Assembly: GCA_020184695.1 (NCBI GenBank)
Contig: JAANOX010000033.1
Span: 186,001 to 250,000 of the forward strand
DNA length: 64,000 nucleotides
Origin: Histomonas meleagridis 2922-C6/04-290x
Lineage: Eukaryota > Protista > Parabasalia
Direction of reading: 5' to 3'
The translations under genes were made by a program, and so were the position numbers. Positions 62,001 to 64,000 of this stretch are shown here, piece by piece; position 1 is the stretch's first letter, and each line of letters begins with the position of its first letter. The notes under the pieces were generated by a model that saw only the letters and a program-made list of their open reading frames with translations, had not been told where the DNA came from and did no database searches.

Positions 62001-63581
62001 TTGATGTTGTCCATTTTTAATAAGTGCACCATTAACAAAGATTGGTATATATGCCCAACCTATAGGCTCTCGATCATTTTTAGCTTTAGGTTGTGCTACA
62101 AAATGATAAAACTCAATAAAGAAACAATAATTGTTCTCAATTGGAAATGGTAAATCAAATACAAAGTTTTCGTCGAATTGTCCTTTCTCACAATGATAAT
62201 AACATTTAGTAAATCCATATTGATCATTTGTAGAATATACTTGTGAATGATGTAATTCTAATGGCTCTCGAGATGTAGGTGATTTCCTTAATGATATTTG
62301 TGCAAAAATATTTCGTGCTTTAATTCCTGGTGGTAATTTAAAGGAAACTGATTCTAAACAAAATTGAACTTGATGTGAAAAATACATATTCGATTTAATT
62401 TGCATCGATTGTTCATATAATAACCTTAATACAGTATAATTCTTTGATGTTAATTCTTCGATTTGACGGACTGAATGTGTGCTTAATTTAATTGTCATCG
62501 ACATCTTATATTTGGGTTTGATTTTGTCCTTTTTGGCAGATTCAACAAGTGACTTCATGTTGGCGCCCGTTAAGGGTTGATCGGCAACATAAATGTTATT
62601 GATAACTAATTGTTCGTTGATAATGAGGTCGTTAAGATTGACGTAGGTCCATGCAAATGGGGTAAAAACATTTAAATTTTTGGGCCATGATTGATTGACT
62701 GCTTTTTGCGCAGGTTCAGATTTGCCGTTAATATAATACTTGGCTAAATCTTCAGAACCACCTACGGTTAAAATATGTGAGAGAATAAAGATAAGATAAT
62801 TAGGACACGTCATATCAGGAAGTTCAAATGATGCTTTTTGATTGAGATTTATTTGGATTTTTTGGCGCTGATAAAATTCTAGATTACTCTTGGGAAAGAA
62901 AACCCATTCGTCAGAAATGAAGTTTTTGTCTTGAAGAAGTTTGGCATTGATTTGAACTGGGGCTAAAAATGGATATGAAGTTTGAATTCCAAGAAATGAA
63001 ATTGAGATAAACTGGATGTCTTCAAGCGGTGGTGCTCGAATCGATTCCATTTGTCTTCTTTTTAAAAGCTCAGGCTTTGATTTGAAATAACTGGAGATAA
63101 TATGTGAAACAATTTCTTCATTAACATCACTGTGGATATGTGAACTCTCTGCATCAAATAAGAATGATATGTTCCTTTCTGGTAAAAAGTTTTGTCGCTC
63201 TTTGATTTGGAAATCAGGAATATCAAGAAATTGACAACTTGAAGAATGAAATTGAACAAATGGATTATCAGACCATTTATTTTGAGAGTTTTTTTGTAAA
63301 GCCATTTGGCTTAAATAAGGGTTTTCATCTTCAGATACATCTGGAATAAAATTTGTCCATGAACATGATGCAAGTGACTCATCATTTCTAACCCATTCTT
63401 CTATTTCTGCATTCATGCTCTCCATATCTTGATCATCTATATAAGGAGGATTTGAAAATTCTTCTTCAATTGGTCCTTCTTCTGAGTATTTTGTTTCTTC
63501 AAAAAGCTGCGTTAAAATGCTGCCATGTCTTTTATGATTACTTTTAAATGTTAGAGAATGGTAACTTGGATTTTTACTCAT
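59013..63581 (-). CDS. DOCK-family (zizimin-like) Rho GEF with C2/DHR1 and DHR2 domains
   Basis: DHR1 (FDENFVFDLP...FFIEFYH...IGWAYIPI) and DHR2 (YFKVTFYG...FIYRE, YIQITYVEPY, LLHGTLLAQVNVGP). Confidence 0.9.
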   Translation of the reverse strand: MSKNPSYHSLTFKSNHKRHGSILTQLFEETKYSEEGPIEEEFSNPPYIDDQDMESMNAEIEEWVRNDESLASCSWTNFIPDVSEDENPYLSQMALQKNSQNKWSDNPFVQFHSSSCQFLDIPDFQIKERQNFLPERNISFLFDAESSHIHSDVNEEIVSHIISSYFKSKPELLKRRQMESIRAPPLEDIQFISISFLGIQTSYPFLAPVQINAKLLQDKNFISDEWVFFPKSNLEFYQRQKIQINLNQKASFELPDMTCPNYLIFILSHILTVGGSEDLAKYYINGKSEPAQKAVNQSWPKNLNVFTPFAWTYVNLNDLIINEQLVINNIYVADQPLTGANMKSLVESAKKDKIKPKYKMSMTIKLSTHSVRQIEELTSKNYTVLRLLYEQSMQIKSNMYFSHQVQFCLESVSFKLPPGIKARNIFAQISLRKSPTSREPLELHHSQVYSTNDQYGFTKCYYHCEKGQFDENFVFDLPFPIENNYCFFIEFYHFVAQPKAKNDREPIGWAYIPIFVNGALIKNGQHQATIYYDKKIDMEKITNNTKLDQSNCVSTNIRFNSSLYSSDESLMKFIHSKGTSIDSISKITDQSLVKAFYVILDLLMGNLLHNPKKAIIGFVRLAERCNDIIDFKHFNIYASNFAFRNPDEYHRLLMIGWTEYMDLIVTSVRPDKKLLEFFFLLIIKSLKMNNDCSFSIIFSQFIFSYTKLTIKETDPNESLVQLSNFINALFDSGFCCQAIYALIVQTNILISNNSNYLPKFLTEVLKPKLFYCSLMKMRPMKLFIFKLILFDKYGSNFLFSLLLEIIALYSQKIQHDIAMQLYDCINLIIPIPQFENRNEVQPNQIFLIYLMENLEYNEETNKWWNGINRNDFRQSIFSLINSANIIESKLPKSNENNRLREIFYSTQVSIIKMIKFMLNDNYCISDITAIIYQFLYQYKIIATDLYNHFLIILTNIATKDIISFLDNANPAPSQLFKCLFKQSKYSSYISDFFLKILASEFKLSKGFQRIYPLIFRTLSSFTKDELFDIKLRPSEEAKIEAGDISFQDITKTITTLANIEFQLEQKDLDVDTYNMLRLKKLELIRSSPDTVLEELDKLSEHQQKQGYDAEFLQSRLLQAAIIIEYLTLQNKIPPIFGMKHAAHAFDQVCSYSLFAIHDYDECPRLNGYCDSKYFNIRSLNALLYDITKKCIPRQQWEIANLMIDIIWTIYENTRGFSNLSRFFKLQKSMNDIVFKINDERMFGSYFKVTFYGSNFDMLLNNKTFIYREKNLTHLYDFSNSLIEKYQNVNKNIPIELIKEKGEVDKSKLSPDKGYIQITYVEPYLTKNEMKVRRTPFERSNFITKFFFDSPFLKDSNKIQGEIDEQWIRRTLIYVKYPMPYISKIQEVEKYEEKEFMPIRVSYRQLRDQLNSFEKAIEQDDTIKIQQLLHGTLLAQVNVGPCKIAEVFLSDNNSNNTNDKIHLKYVRKLKEIFGAFIPVIKKALEIHDKMVQSQHEFRPMQDQLEAAFVSFNDTLSKYQINKK

Positions 63582-64000
63582 GTATTCCTTTTTATATGTT
63601 TATACTCAGAATTAAACGGTTATTTCGGTTCCATCATCTACTCCAGATACAAAAATCCCTTCTCAAATTTTATACGATGATGAATTAATTAGTCTTATTC
63701 AAAATGCAGATGCGCTAAAAATCACATGAATGATTTATGATTTTTAAATTTATATATTCTCGCCAAAATAATGAAAAATTCAGGCAAATGACTTCTGACA
63801 TTTTACGTTTGAATTGAAAATTGAATCACTTGAAATTTTCAAATAAATAAAAAAATCTGATTAAAATAAAGTGAAAAACTGGAAATTTGAAGTGAATACA
63901 TTCAATAGAGTAATAAATAATATCGGAAATCAGCATTTTTAATAAAAAACATATTTACAGGCAAACTCAATATTAGCTAAGAGAATGTATAAAAGAAGTA

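Overview
AT-rich, gene-dense eukaryotic genomic DNA, most consistent with a parabasalid (Tritrichomonas/Histomonas/Trichomonas-like). Evidence: near-intronless genes, DUF3447-type ankyrin genes, Pmp-like and Tom40-like genes, and AACGGTT/M3-like promoter motifs. Species is not determinable from sequence alone. The window holds about 35 protein genes (ATG16L-like WD40, CCDC40, IFT54, Tom40-like porin, PfkB kinase, SAS-6-like, RAD51 paralog, PUF, RPLP1, Ctf8, giant metallothionein-like protein, ABCB half transporter, MFS, cyclin, DOCK GEF and others) and a tRNA-Cys(GCA). It also holds a dead, internally deleted pogo/Tc1-mariner-type transposon with TIRs and TA TSDs, a MITE-like element next to a CWC22 fragment, and a ~115-bp tandem repeat. 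The most unusual signal is in three ankyrin-repeat loci (14.3-16.7, 23.6-24.5 and 27.4-30.7 kb). In these, 23 ankyrin modules, all free of premature stops, are each preceded at the same position by a fixed-length AT-rich spacer: 83 nt from the D codon to the T codon in 22 of 23 cases, 86 nt in one. The spacer shifts the frame, often carries stops, and lacks usable GT-AG ends. A full-length protein would need a non-canonical removal of 68 or 71 nt per repeat. The mechanism is inferred, not shown.
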